Shown: in pieces, positions 1 to 9,160 of the stretch
Layout: every line of letters starts with the position of its first letter
Numbering within the stretch: position 1 is the first letter of the stretch
Assembly: GCA_034429935.1 (NCBI GenBank)
Contig: DAOUFJ010000018.1
Span: forward strand, 19,862 to 83,861
Origin: Dehalococcoidales bacterium
Lineage (GTDB): Bacteria; Chloroflexota; Dehalococcoidia; Dehalococcoidales; UBA5627
Length of the DNA: 64,000 nucleotides
Direction of reading: 5' to 3'
Notes under the pieces: generated by a model
Seen by the model: the letters and a program-made list of their open reading frames with translations, nothing else
Database searches by the model: none
What the model was told of the DNA's origin: nothing
Program-made: the position numbers and the translations under genes

Positions 1-683
1 GCCACTGTTCCTATAAAAGCCAGTGGAGTTCTCCAGTCTACTATACGCAGTATTATCAACAGGATGCCTCCTGCCAGCAGCAACAGGGCGGATGTTTCTC
101 CCAGCGAACCGCTGGTATTGCCTATCAACATGTTCCAGTACAGTTCCAGATTGCTGCCTATTTGCGTAAAGGCGTCGCTCAAGGGGCTGGCTGATGTGAC
201 GGCATCCGGTTCAAAACCGGAGGGGGCAATCCATGTAGACATCTCTCCCGTAAAACTGAGCTGCATAAAGGCGCGTCCGGCAAGAGCGGGATTGAAGATA
301 TTATGCCCCAATCCTCCGAAGGCTTCCTTTACGATGGCAATGGCGAAGATGCTGCCCAGAGCTGCCATCCATAACGGAATCGTCGGCGGCAGAGTGAGCG
401 CCAGCAGCAGTCCGGTGATGACTGCGCTGCCGTCCATGACGAATTTCTTCTTTCTCAAGAGCTTTATCAGATATTCGGTGGCGACGGCGGCAAGCACGCT
501 GGTCAGAATGACTAAAAGCGCATTAAACCCAAAGAAGTAAATACTGGCTCCGCTAGGCAGCATGAGGGCAAGAATAACCAGGTACATCGTCCGTTTTACG
601 GACGCTTTCCGGTGGATATGCGGAGCGGGAGAGGTTAATAAATCCCCTTTTAATGTGCCGTATTTGTTATTATCTGTCATCAT
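1..683 (-). CDS. rnfD: Rnf electron-transport complex subunit D (partial; C-terminus runs off the window start)
   Basis: Not in the ORF track because no stop lies in the window. My minus-strand translation from the ATG at 683-681 reads MMTDNNKYGTLKGDLLTSPAPHIHRKASVKRTMYLVILALMLPSG...GLLLALTLPPTIPLWMAALGSIFAIAIVKEAFGGLGHNIFNPALAGRAF...PDAVTSASPLS. This is an NqrB/RnfD-type polytopic membrane protein. It starts 7 nt after the rnfC stop. Confidence 0.85.
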   Translation of the reverse strand, partial: MMTDNNKYGTLKGDLLTSPAPHIHRKASVKRTMYLVILALMLPSGASIYFFGFNALLVILTSVLAAVATEYLIKLLRKKKFVMDGSAVITGLLLALTLPPTIPLWMAALGSIFAIAIVKEAFGGLGHNIFNPALAGRAFMQLSFTGEMSTWIAPSGFEPDAVTSASPLSDAFTQIGSNLELYWNMLIGNTSGSLGETSALLLLAGGILLIILRIVDWRTPLAFIGTV

Positions 684-689
684 CGTCGA

Positions 690-2018
690 TTATTCAATAA
701 AGGAGAGTTGTTGTTTTGCGGTTTTAATATACTGTGTTATCGGTATGTCAGCCGGGCAAACGTAAGTGCAAACACCGCACTCGATGCATGCATCGATATA
801 AGCCTCTCCGCAATCCTCGTATCTGCCGGCTTTCGAATATCTGGCCAGCAGCGACGGATTGAGCCGCATGGAACAGGCGGTGAGGCATTGTCCGCAGCTG
901 ATGCAGTCGTGTTCGACCCTTTCCGGTGTGTTATTGAGTAACAGGCATCTTATTCCTCTGGTAACCGGCGTGTCCAGGTCGGTTACGGATGTGCCCATCA
1001 TAGGCCCGCCGAGTATGATATCATTGACCTTGCCGGTTATACCGCCGCAGTATTCGATAAGATTTTTAATCGGCGTCCCCACTCGTATCAACAGGTTTTG
1101 AGGGTTTTTTAATCCTCCGGTAACGGTTATAACTTCTTCAATGAAAGGTTTGCCATCGATAACAGCGTCGTGTATGGCCTTGGCGGTACTGACATTGTGA
1201 ACGACCACGCCGATGTCGCGGCACCTGCCGTTGAAGGGAACTTCCTTGTCGATTATCGCCTTAACGAGCAACTCGCGGGCGCCGATGGGATATCTTAATT
1301 GTATCGGAACCATCTTTACTTGCTCGTCAAGCCCTGATTTCTCTAAGATTTCTGTCAGATGCTCTATTGCATCCGGTTTATTGTCTTCAATTGCAATGAA
1401 TATATCGTCAGGAGAGATGAGCTTCATCATTATTTTCAGCCCGGAGATAACTTTCTCCCCGTATTCGAGCATCACCCTGTGGTCTGCTGTCAGGTAGGGC
1501 TCGCATTCGCATCCGTTGAGAATGAGTGTTCCCAGCTTACCTGTTTTCGGCGGCGTTAACTTGAGGTGGGCGGGGTATATGGCTCCTCCCATGCCGACTA
1601 CACCGGCTTCCCTTATCCTGGAGATTATATCGTCGTTCGATAACGATTCAATATCATCTGTTGCTTTCAGGTTTACCCATTTATCCGTTCCGTCCGAATC
1701 GATGACAATAGCTTGCTGTTCTTTATTATGTACTGTATCCGTAAAGGCAATGATATCGGTTACTTTCCCTGATAACGTGGCGTGTACGGGCACTGATCTG
1801 AATTCATCGCTGTCACCGATTTTCTGCCCTGTTAAAACCGTGTCTCCGGTTTTAACGAGCGGATGCGAAGGGGGGCCTATTTGTTGATGCAGGGGAATGA
1901 CAACCCTGTCAGGTAGAGGCAGTGTTTGAATGGCATTTGCCGCAGTCAGTTTATTCTCCGGCATTTTAAACCACTGCGGAATCCCTTTGTACTTAGGCTT
2001 TATCACATTGCTGTTCAT
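690..2018 (-). CDS. rnfC: Rnf electron-transport complex subunit C
   Basis: 442 aa. N-terminal barrel (PLPDRVVIPLHQQIGPPSHPLVKTGDTVLTGQKIG), NuoF-like core (GVVGMGGAIYPAHLKL, LNGCECEPYLTADHR), and two ferredoxin motifs (CISCGQCLTAC and CIECGVCTYVCP). Immediately upstream of rnfD. Confidence 0.9.
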   Translation of the reverse strand: MNSNVIKPKYKGIPQWFKMPENKLTAANAIQTLPLPDRVVIPLHQQIGPPSHPLVKTGDTVLTGQKIGDSDEFRSVPVHATLSGKVTDIIAFTDTVHNKEQQAIVIDSDGTDKWVNLKATDDIESLSNDDIISRIREAGVVGMGGAIYPAHLKLTPPKTGKLGTLILNGCECEPYLTADHRVMLEYGEKVISGLKIMMKLISPDDIFIAIEDNKPDAIEHLTEILEKSGLDEQVKMVPIQLRYPIGARELLVKAIIDKEVPFNGRCRDIGVVVHNVSTAKAIHDAVIDGKPFIEEVITVTGGLKNPQNLLIRVGTPIKNLIEYCGGITGKVNDIILGGPMMGTSVTDLDTPVTRGIRCLLLNNTPERVEHDCISCGQCLTACSMRLNPSLLARYSKAGRYEDCGEAYIDACIECGVCTYVCPADIPITQYIKTAKQQLSFIE

Positions 2019-2167
2019 TCAATATATAGTTAAAGGAATTTCGTATAGCTTATCACAACTTTTGCTTTTAGACAATTATAATGGTCGCTGAAAGAACGGT
2101 GAAGGCAGGTTATCCTTGTCTGTCAGTCCAGGTAAAGGGCTGGAGGCGATATTTCCTCAGGTATATA

Positions 2168-2575
2168 TTACAGGGTATTTTTCCCGGTGGACAGAACCAT
2201 ATCGATGTTGTTTTTCAGTTTTTGGGTGTCTATCGGTTTAGGAACGCAAAAAATCTTATTTCTTTTTATAAAAATTTCCGTATCCTTTCCTGCAGCGTCA
2301 CCGGTAATGAAGATGATCCTGTCTGCGAGTTCCGGTTTTATTTCTTTTATGCGGGTGTATAATTCCAGTCCGTTCATACCGGGCATCCTGACGTCCAGCA
2401 ATATGAAGTCATAGTTTTTATTTTGAATAATTTTTATGACGTCATGCGGGTTGTTTGCGGTATCCGTATTGAATTGCCATTTGTTTAACAGACGGCTCAG
2501 AAAAACGAGGATGATATTTTCATCATCAACAACCAATCCGGTTTTCTTTGGCGGTTCAGGATTTATCTTATTCAT
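2168..2575 (-). CDS. Stand-alone CheY-like response-regulator receiver
   Basis: 135 aa. Acidic pocket VVDDENI, phospho-Asp context ILLDVRMPGMNG, conserved Lys in VPKP, no output domain. Lies 5 nt downstream of the kinase at 2581-4497. Confidence 0.9.
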   Translation of the reverse strand: MNKINPEPPKKTGLVVDDENIILVFLSRLLNKWQFNTDTANNPHDVIKIIQNKNYDFILLDVRMPGMNGLELYTRIKEIKPELADRIIFITGDAAGKDTEIFIKRNKIFCVPKPIDTQKLKNNIDMVLSTGKNTL

Positions 2576-2580
2576 TTTAT

Positions 2581-4497
2581 CTACCTCTCCGATGTTGTAA
2601 TTGCATCAGTAACAGGTAGTTCGATTATGAATTTAGTCCCGTGTCCTAATTCGCTCTCAGCAAAGATTTTGCCGTGATGCTGGGTGATTATATTGTGTGT
2701 CATGCTCAATCCCAATCCCATTCCATCACAGTCGTTTTTAATACTGAAGAACGGAGTGAATATTCTTTCCAGGTTATCCTTGCTTATGCCTGGCCCGTCA
2801 TCGATAAATGATATACGGATGGTATTGTTAATATACTCGGTTTTAACAGTGAAAACACCTTTCTTTTTAGAATTCTTGATAGCCTGCTCGGCATTGAGAA
2901 TTATATTCAAGAATGCCTGTTGCAACTGCACTTCGTCGACAGTAGCTTTTGGCAGATTATCGGCCAGATCGGTGACAATGTCGATGCCGTTCATTTCCAT
3001 CTCGTATGAACGCAGGTCGATAGTGTCCAGTATTATCCTGTTGATATCGGATACGGTTAACCCCGGCTCATCCTGATGTGCGAATGTCAAAAGGCCGGAT
3101 ACTATTTTAGCTGCGCGCTGGGCTTCGTAATTAATCACCTCTATATCTTCCTTGATGTCTTCCGGGAGGTCTTTGTCGATAAGTAATTGTGAAAATCCGA
3201 TGACTCCTGTCAGGGGGTTGTTTATTTCGTGAACCAGTCCTGAAGTTACTTCTCCGATGGATGCCAGACGGCTGGCAGTGTTGAGTTCCTGCTGAATCCG
3301 TTTTTCTCTCTCTTCCGCTTCTTTGATATCCGAAATATCCTGTATGGAGCCGAATTCCTTGGTTACCTTTCCCGAATTATTAAAAACCGAGCATGCTTTG
3401 GAATTGCCGTACCAGGCATCTCCGTTTTTACGGTACAGGCGGATGATGATATTACTGGATTCTTCGTGAAATTCTCCGCTTTCATGCGCATATATTGTGC
3501 TGTGTGCCAGCGACAGGTCTTCGGGGTGAACATGGTTCATAAACAGTTCTTTTGTAGGTGTTACTTCTCCGGGCTGGTATCCGAATAACCGGTACATCTC
3601 GTCACTCCAGATGAGCTCATCATTTTCTATATCGAGATACCAGCTGCCTAATTTGGCTATTCTCTGCGCTTCGGCCAGGCTGGCTTCGCTCTTGCGCAGT
3701 TTCTCTTCCATTTTCTTGCGTTCTGTAATGTCCGAAACTATTGCCAGATTGGCAATATGTTTATTGCTTTCGTCTTTGATTTTCTGTACGAAGGCTTCAA
3801 TCCATATTTGCTCTCTGCCTGTTTGAATGCGATGTTCCCAGAGGGCTTCTCCCCGACTGTCAAAATCCTCAAATTGCTTTCTTATATTGGAGGCTGTGGG
3901 TTCTATTATTTTAAGGGCATCGAGTATTTTTTTACCGATGGCTTCGGATGAGCTGATTTTGAATATATTTTCAGCGGTGCTGTTGAACTGGATTATCTTC
4001 ATACTGGTGTCGGTAATGACCATGCCCTTGCGAATAGCCCGGAAGGCGTAGGTAGAGAATTTACCCTGTTCCTGAATTAATTTGATTTCGGATTTGTCGG
4101 TGATATTGACGATAAAGCCGATAGCGTTTCCTGTTCCCTTCTCTTCTATTGGAATTATGGTTAACTCTACCCATTTGTGTTTGCCCTTTTTCCCCACGAG
4201 GTCAAATTCGTAAAGGAAAGGCTGGTCGTTCGGTTTGTTTGACAAATAGTCGATAGCAATATTACGTACGTCATCGGACGTGTAGAATGATAATTCGGTT
4301 ATTTTTTTACCGGCGATTTCATTTTGTGTATAGCCTGTAATTCTCTCGAAAGCTTTGTTGATATATACGATTACAGCGCCAGAATCGATAAGGCAGAATC
4401 CTGAAACCGATTTATTGAGGTATGTATCAAATATTCTGGTGAAATTACTTATTTCTTCATTATTATTTTGGTGCGAATTGTTTTTATTACTTTCCAC
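2581..4497 (-). CDS. Cytoplasmic multi-PAS sensor histidine kinase
   Basis: 638 aa. PAS/PAC units (ITGYTQNEIAGKK, WSDEMYRLFGYQPGE), H-box VHEINNPLTGVIGFSQLL, ATPase boxes NIILNAEQA, DDGPGI, GMGLGLS. No obvious TM helix. Confidence 0.9.
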   Translation of the reverse strand: MESNKNNSHQNNNEEISNFTRIFDTYLNKSVSGFCLIDSGAVIVYINKAFERITGYTQNEIAGKKITELSFYTSDDVRNIAIDYLSNKPNDQPFLYEFDLVGKKGKHKWVELTIIPIEEKGTGNAIGFIVNITDKSEIKLIQEQGKFSTYAFRAIRKGMVITDTSMKIIQFNSTAENIFKISSSEAIGKKILDALKIIEPTASNIRKQFEDFDSRGEALWEHRIQTGREQIWIEAFVQKIKDESNKHIANLAIVSDITERKKMEEKLRKSEASLAEAQRIAKLGSWYLDIENDELIWSDEMYRLFGYQPGEVTPTKELFMNHVHPEDLSLAHSTIYAHESGEFHEESSNIIIRLYRKNGDAWYGNSKACSVFNNSGKVTKEFGSIQDISDIKEAEEREKRIQQELNTASRLASIGEVTSGLVHEINNPLTGVIGFSQLLIDKDLPEDIKEDIEVINYEAQRAAKIVSGLLTFAHQDEPGLTVSDINRIILDTIDLRSYEMEMNGIDIVTDLADNLPKATVDEVQLQQAFLNIILNAEQAIKNSKKKGVFTVKTEYINNTIRISFIDDGPGISKDNLERIFTPFFSIKNDCDGMGLGLSMTHNIITQHHGKIFAESELGHGTKFIIELPVTDAITTSER

Positions 4498-4795
4498 AGT
4501 ATTATCTCTTAATACTTTTTATTTACAATTGCAATTATACTTATACCTCTTAGTCAGTAATGTTTAAAGGTATTTTTGGCTCATTTTTTTAATTATTCCA
4601 ATTATTATCTATACACGCCGTGACTTTTGTTACATCTATAAAACTTTGATGGAATTTCGGAATAACTATTCGTATAGATTTGAATGTGCGTAAAAACTTT
4701 AACAGTTATGCAGGGTATACAAACAAGATACCTATTAAATATCCAAGCTCTCCTGTAAATAGTTTTATACTCTGATTAATTTAGAATTGAGAGTT

Positions 4796-4969
4796 TTATT
4801 TTTGTGGCAGTAAATTGGGTATGGTATCGATGATAGGATAGGTAGTATTACAGTTCCGGCAGAACAGGGAACCGTCTGTAATTTCACTGTCGTTTTTTTT
4901 GCCCGCCTCGAGCTTTAGCTCTTTTTTACACAATGGGCACACAAGTATTTCTAATAAATCAGGCTTCAT
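4796..4969 (-). CDS. Trm112/UPF0434-family small zinc-ribbon protein (57 aa)
   Basis: Below the ORF-track size cutoff. My translation is MKPDLLEILVCPLCKKELKLEAGKKNDSEITDGSLFCRNCNTTYPIIDTIPNLLPQK. It shows the classic Trm112 pattern LLxILxCPxCK...CxxCxxxYPIxDxIPxLL, and the frame was checked codon by codon (174 nt). Confidence 0.8.
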   Translation of the reverse strand: MKPDLLEILVCPLCKKELKLEAGKKNDSEITDGSLFCRNCNTTYPIIDTIPNLLPQK

Positions 4970-5324
4970 GATTAAATTATATATGCTAGGATGTCGCCTA
5001 ACAAGGGGTATAGGGGCATAAATTTTTCATTTATTGGTTAAAATGTTTATAAATGTCCATTAAAGTCTATATTGTTAAAAAAATATATAAAATTTGGAAG
5101 AAAATTCTTTGATTTTTTCTCTTTGTCAAAAGATGTCATGGTTTGTTAAATATTTTGACTTAAAAGCACAGAGGGGGTATTTATGAGAAGATTTTAATCG
5201 TATCTTTTGAGTTGCTAGCAGTTTTTGTATCATAATCCCATCGGTCAATACATGTCGCAGAAAAGTGAGAATAGTTCCTTCATCAACTGTTTCCGTAAAC
5301 CTTACATTTCCCATTGCATGTAAA

Positions 5325-8036
5325 TCATTGCTTTTCCCGCTTTGCATTTCCTTTGCTAGCGACGGTTTTCTTTTTAACCGGAAGTTCTATGATTATCGAT
5401 GCGCCATGCCCGCTTTTACTTCTGGCGTAAATCTTGCCGCCGTGCTGGCTTATAATCCCATGACATATGCTTAAACCGAGACCTGTTCCCATTCCCACTT
5501 CTTTGGTTGTAAAGAACGGTTCGAATATTTTACCCAGGTTTTCCTTGCTGATGCCTGGTCCGTTGTCGGTAAAAGATATTTTGATAATTCCGTCGATATG
5601 TTCTGTTTTCACAAGAAATGTTCTGTTTTTTACCTGCTCCAGGGCATATTCGGCATTTAAAATTATGTTCATAAATACCTGCTGCATTTGCCCCCTGTCA
5701 CCGACGGTATTTGGCAGCGATGGCGATAGTTCGGTTTTAACTTTGATATTATTCATTTTCATCGTATACAAACGCAATTCCAATGTATCCGAAATAATCT
5801 CGTTAATATCGATAATAGACCACCCTTGCTTCTGCTGGCGGGCAAATGTAAGCAGTCCGGAGACTATTTTGGCAACACGTTGTGCTTCCTGATTGATAGT
5901 TTTCAGGTCTTTTTTTATCGAATCATGTGTGACTTTTATTTTATCTTCGGGGAGTTTTATTGTTTCAGGAGGTATTGTATTCATAAGTAGTTGAGAAAAG
6001 CCGATAATGCTGGTAAGCGGGTTATTGATTTCGTGAGCTATCCCTGAAGCCATCTCTCCGATGGATGCCAGACGGCTGGTGATATCGATCTCCTGCTGCA
6101 TCTGTTTTTCTTTTTCCTCGGCATTTTTCTGTTCTGTGATATCCTGTATTGAACCGAACAGCTCAATAGGCTTGCCGGTTTCACCTAATATTGCCCTGGA
6201 TTTAGAGTTGGCAAACCAGATTTCCCCGTCTTTGCGGTAAAAACGGGAAACTATATCAAAGGGCGTACCTTTATCAATGTTTGCATTCATTGCTTTATTT
6301 AATAATTCTCTGTCATCTGCATGAGCCAGGCTCAAATATAGTTCTTTTGATGGGGGTACCTCACCGGGTTGATATCCAAAAAGACGATACATTTCATTAC
6401 TCCAGAACAGCTCCCCGGTTTTAATATCACGATGCCAGTTCCCCAATTTGGCAATTTCCTGGGCTTCAGCTAAACGGGTTTCGCTCTCGCGTAACTTCCT
6501 TTCAGCTTGTTTACTATCGGTAATATCCTGCCAAACACATTGATAAACTTTCCCACTTGCGGTATTTACCAACTGTGCGATTACATGTATATTGCGAATT
6601 TTTCCGTGTTTAGTGCGATGTAGTGTTTCAAAATCTGCGCTGCCCTCTTTCTGAACCTTTAAAATAGAAGCCTTGGTTTCAGCAGCGGTTTCCTTGGCCT
6701 CAATATCCATTATAGTTAGAGTTGCGAATTCTTCACGGGAATAACCAAGCTGCCGGCAGGCAATTTCATTAAATTCCATTATATGTGCTGTTGTTGGGTC
6801 AATAATTACGATACCAACAGGAGTCTGCTCAAACAGTGTGTTCCGTCTGAATATTTCTTCAGCTAATGCTTCTTCCATTTTCTTGCGTTCATCGATGTTT
6901 GTAACGATCGACAATATCGCTATGTTTTCCTCATTTTCGTTTTTTATAGTTTGAGACGCGGCATCAATCCATAATTTTCTATTCCTGGTTTTTATCAGGT
7001 GTTCGGAATGTATATAACCAATAGTCTTTAGTTTCTTGAAATTTTTTTTGATTTCCGCTTGTGAAGGTTTTATTATATCCATTATATCGAATATCTTCTC
7101 GCCTATAGCTTCGGATGCGTTGACGCCGTAAATCATCTCGCTTGCTTCGTTCCAGTATGTTATATTGAATTCCGTATCGGTGATAATGACGCCCTCTTTG
7201 ATAGCTTTGAAAGCAGCATCCGAAAAGTGTAAAGCTTCTTCTATTTTTTTGCGTTTAGTAATGTCTGTAACAATTGCCAGAATGGCTACTTCATTGCCAT
7301 TGTCATCTTTTACTTTTTGTAAAACCACATCAGTCCACAGTTGAGTTGCTGGAGTCTTTACGAGATGTTCAAAATGGGCATATCCTTCTATCTCAAAATT
7401 TTGAAATTGTAGCTTGACCTCAGGTTCCAGCGGTTCTATTATCTTGATAACGTCAAATAAATTTTTACCGATCACTTCCGGGGCATTTACTCCGAAAATA
7501 CGTTCGACGGCATCGTTCAATTGTATTATTTCCCTGCTATTATTCAGAATAAGAGTTCCTTCTTGAATTGATTTAAAAGCGATGTCGGAAAGTTTCTGTT
7601 CTTCTTGAGTTTTCTTGAATTCGGAGCGATCGAAAACAAAAATAATATTACCGATAAGTGTGTGTGTGCCCTTTTGTTCGATCGGGATAATGGTTATAGA
7701 TATATATCCGTTTGACCCGTCTTTTTTTATCAGCTCGACATCACACATTAAAGTGGCTTCGCTGGATGCGCTTTTTTTATGAGGGAAATCGGTGAGTTTC
7801 TTCCTTTCTTCGGCAGGGATGAACTCCAGTTCGGATATATGTTTGCCAATAATTTCATTCTCTTTGTAGCCGGTAATTTCTTCTATTCTATTGTTGAGAT
7901 AAACAGTTACCCCGTTAAAATCTACAAAACAAAACCCGTATGTCGACTCACCCAGGTAGGTTTTCATGATATCGATAAAACTGCCGATTTCCTTGTATTT
8001 ATCTTTTGACGATAATGTTTCAATAAAACTTTTCAT
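5325..8036 (-). CDS. Cytoplasmic multi-PAS sensor histidine kinase (paralogue of 2581-4497)
   Basis: 903 aa. At least five PAS/PAC units, several ending in ...DIT(K/E)RKK(I/M)EE... H-box AHEINNPLTSIIGFSQLL, ATPase boxes DNGPGI and GTGLGLS. The N-terminus is collinear with that of the 638-aa kinase. Confidence 0.9.
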   Translation of the reverse strand: MKSFIETLSSKDKYKEIGSFIDIMKTYLGESTYGFCFVDFNGVTVYLNNRIEEITGYKENEIIGKHISELEFIPAEERKKLTDFPHKKSASSEATLMCDVELIKKDGSNGYISITIIPIEQKGTHTLIGNIIFVFDRSEFKKTQEEQKLSDIAFKSIQEGTLILNNSREIIQLNDAVERIFGVNAPEVIGKNLFDVIKIIEPLEPEVKLQFQNFEIEGYAHFEHLVKTPATQLWTDVVLQKVKDDNGNEVAILAIVTDITKRKKIEEALHFSDAAFKAIKEGVIITDTEFNITYWNEASEMIYGVNASEAIGEKIFDIMDIIKPSQAEIKKNFKKLKTIGYIHSEHLIKTRNRKLWIDAASQTIKNENEENIAILSIVTNIDERKKMEEALAEEIFRRNTLFEQTPVGIVIIDPTTAHIMEFNEIACRQLGYSREEFATLTIMDIEAKETAAETKASILKVQKEGSADFETLHRTKHGKIRNIHVIAQLVNTASGKVYQCVWQDITDSKQAERKLRESETRLAEAQEIAKLGNWHRDIKTGELFWSNEMYRLFGYQPGEVPPSKELYLSLAHADDRELLNKAMNANIDKGTPFDIVSRFYRKDGEIWFANSKSRAILGETGKPIELFGSIQDITEQKNAEEKEKQMQQEIDITSRLASIGEMASGIAHEINNPLTSIIGFSQLLMNTIPPETIKLPEDKIKVTHDSIKKDLKTINQEAQRVAKIVSGLLTFARQQKQGWSIIDINEIISDTLELRLYTMKMNNIKVKTELSPSLPNTVGDRGQMQQVFMNIILNAEYALEQVKNRTFLVKTEHIDGIIKISFTDNGPGISKENLGKIFEPFFTTKEVGMGTGLGLSICHGIISQHGGKIYARSKSGHGASIIIELPVKKKTVASKGNAKREKQ

Positions 8037-8281
8037 TGTTTTCTTCTTTTTACTGTTCAGTTTTTCAATTGTATTATATAGATTGTAAAATGCTATAAGT
8101 CAAGGGTTTTTTATCAATATATGAGAATTAATATTAAAATAGTCCGCAGGATTCTTATGCGGTCTGAATAATAAGGCTGGAATCGGTAAATTGTGTATTT
8201 GTGATATTGCCCGGGGAGATGCCTGTTTTTAGAAACTCGGTTGCCAGATAAGTACGTTACATTGAATACATAATTACGGCG

Positions 8282-8986
8282 TTATTTATCATGCTTATCG
8301 CATGATTTTTTCCACTCGTTTCCGATATCGAACCAAAGGTCATTGAAGATATAAGCCTGAACGGAATCCACATCGACCAGGTAACTTATAAAATTACCGA
8401 GATTATCTCTTTTGACCTGTTTGCAATATTCGTTGAGCAGGGGGATTATGCGTGACGGGAAGATGTAACAGGCGGTCGATACGAGGCTGGACTGGGGATT
8501 ACGTGGTTTTTCTGTCAGTTCGACAACCCTTGTATTATCCATCCTGACGACTCCGAACTGGCGCGCTTCGTTCCTGTCTCCGATGTCATATACAGCTATC
8601 AGTGTATTGAGTTTGTCAAAGGCGGACAGGAAGTCGGCAAGATTCATTTCGAAATAGTTATCGCCGGCAATAACCAGCAGGTCATCATCGATGTTGTTGC
8701 CTTTGACCCAGTAATCCAGCGAGCCGACGGCTCCCAGCATTTGCTCCTCGTTATCCACCGGTTCCACCCATATTTCGGCATGTCTGCCGAGCCTTTTTTG
8801 CCAATCATGATATTGCGAGGCAAATTTACGATTGGTGGTGACAAAAATATCGATACCATCCGGTATTTTTTCAACGATGTAGCTGACGACCGGTTTACCC
8901 TTATAAGGAAGTAACCCCTTGGCGGTCTTTTGCGTTACGGGATACAACCTGGTGCCGAACCCGCTGGCCAGAATTAAACACTTCAT
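8282..8986 (-). CDS. Sugar-1-phosphate nucleotidylyltransferase (NTP_transferase family)
   Basis: 234 aa. N-terminal signature LILASGFGTRLYPVTQKTAKGLLP (GxGTRL) and a Rossmann-like fold pattern. Substrate cannot be assigned. Confidence 0.8.
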   Translation of the reverse strand: MKCLILASGFGTRLYPVTQKTAKGLLPYKGKPVVSYIVEKIPDGIDIFVTTNRKFASQYHDWQKRLGRHAEIWVEPVDNEEQMLGAVGSLDYWVKGNNIDDDLLVIAGDNYFEMNLADFLSAFDKLNTLIAVYDIGDRNEARQFGVVRMDNTRVVELTEKPRNPQSSLVSTACYIFPSRIIPLLNEYCKQVKRDNLGNFISYLVDVDSVQAYIFNDLWFDIGNEWKKSCDKHDK

Positions 8987-9160
8987 ATTTCTGATATTCG
9001 ATGGTTCCTGTACTGGTTTAATGTAGCATAGTATATTTGCGGCTGCAAATATTGCATTAATTCTTACTTAAAGCTGCTAAGATGTTGAATTTACGGGTTG
9101 TTTTGAATAATATAAATGTCTGCCGGAAAAATGGGTGACAGACATGAAGGTTGTTTTTTA

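Noticed and set aside
64-540. 158-aa plus-strand ORF at the window start
   Set aside because: It lies antisense to a clearly recognisable RnfD coding frame (1-683, minus). The translation is low-complexity Ala/Ser/Pro-rich with no motif, so it is a mirror-frame artefact.
5126-5347. 73-aa minus-strand ORF just downstream of the 903-aa kinase
   Set aside because: It overlaps the kinase stop region and has no RBS or recognisable motif. It is more likely 3' UTR or intergenic sequence.
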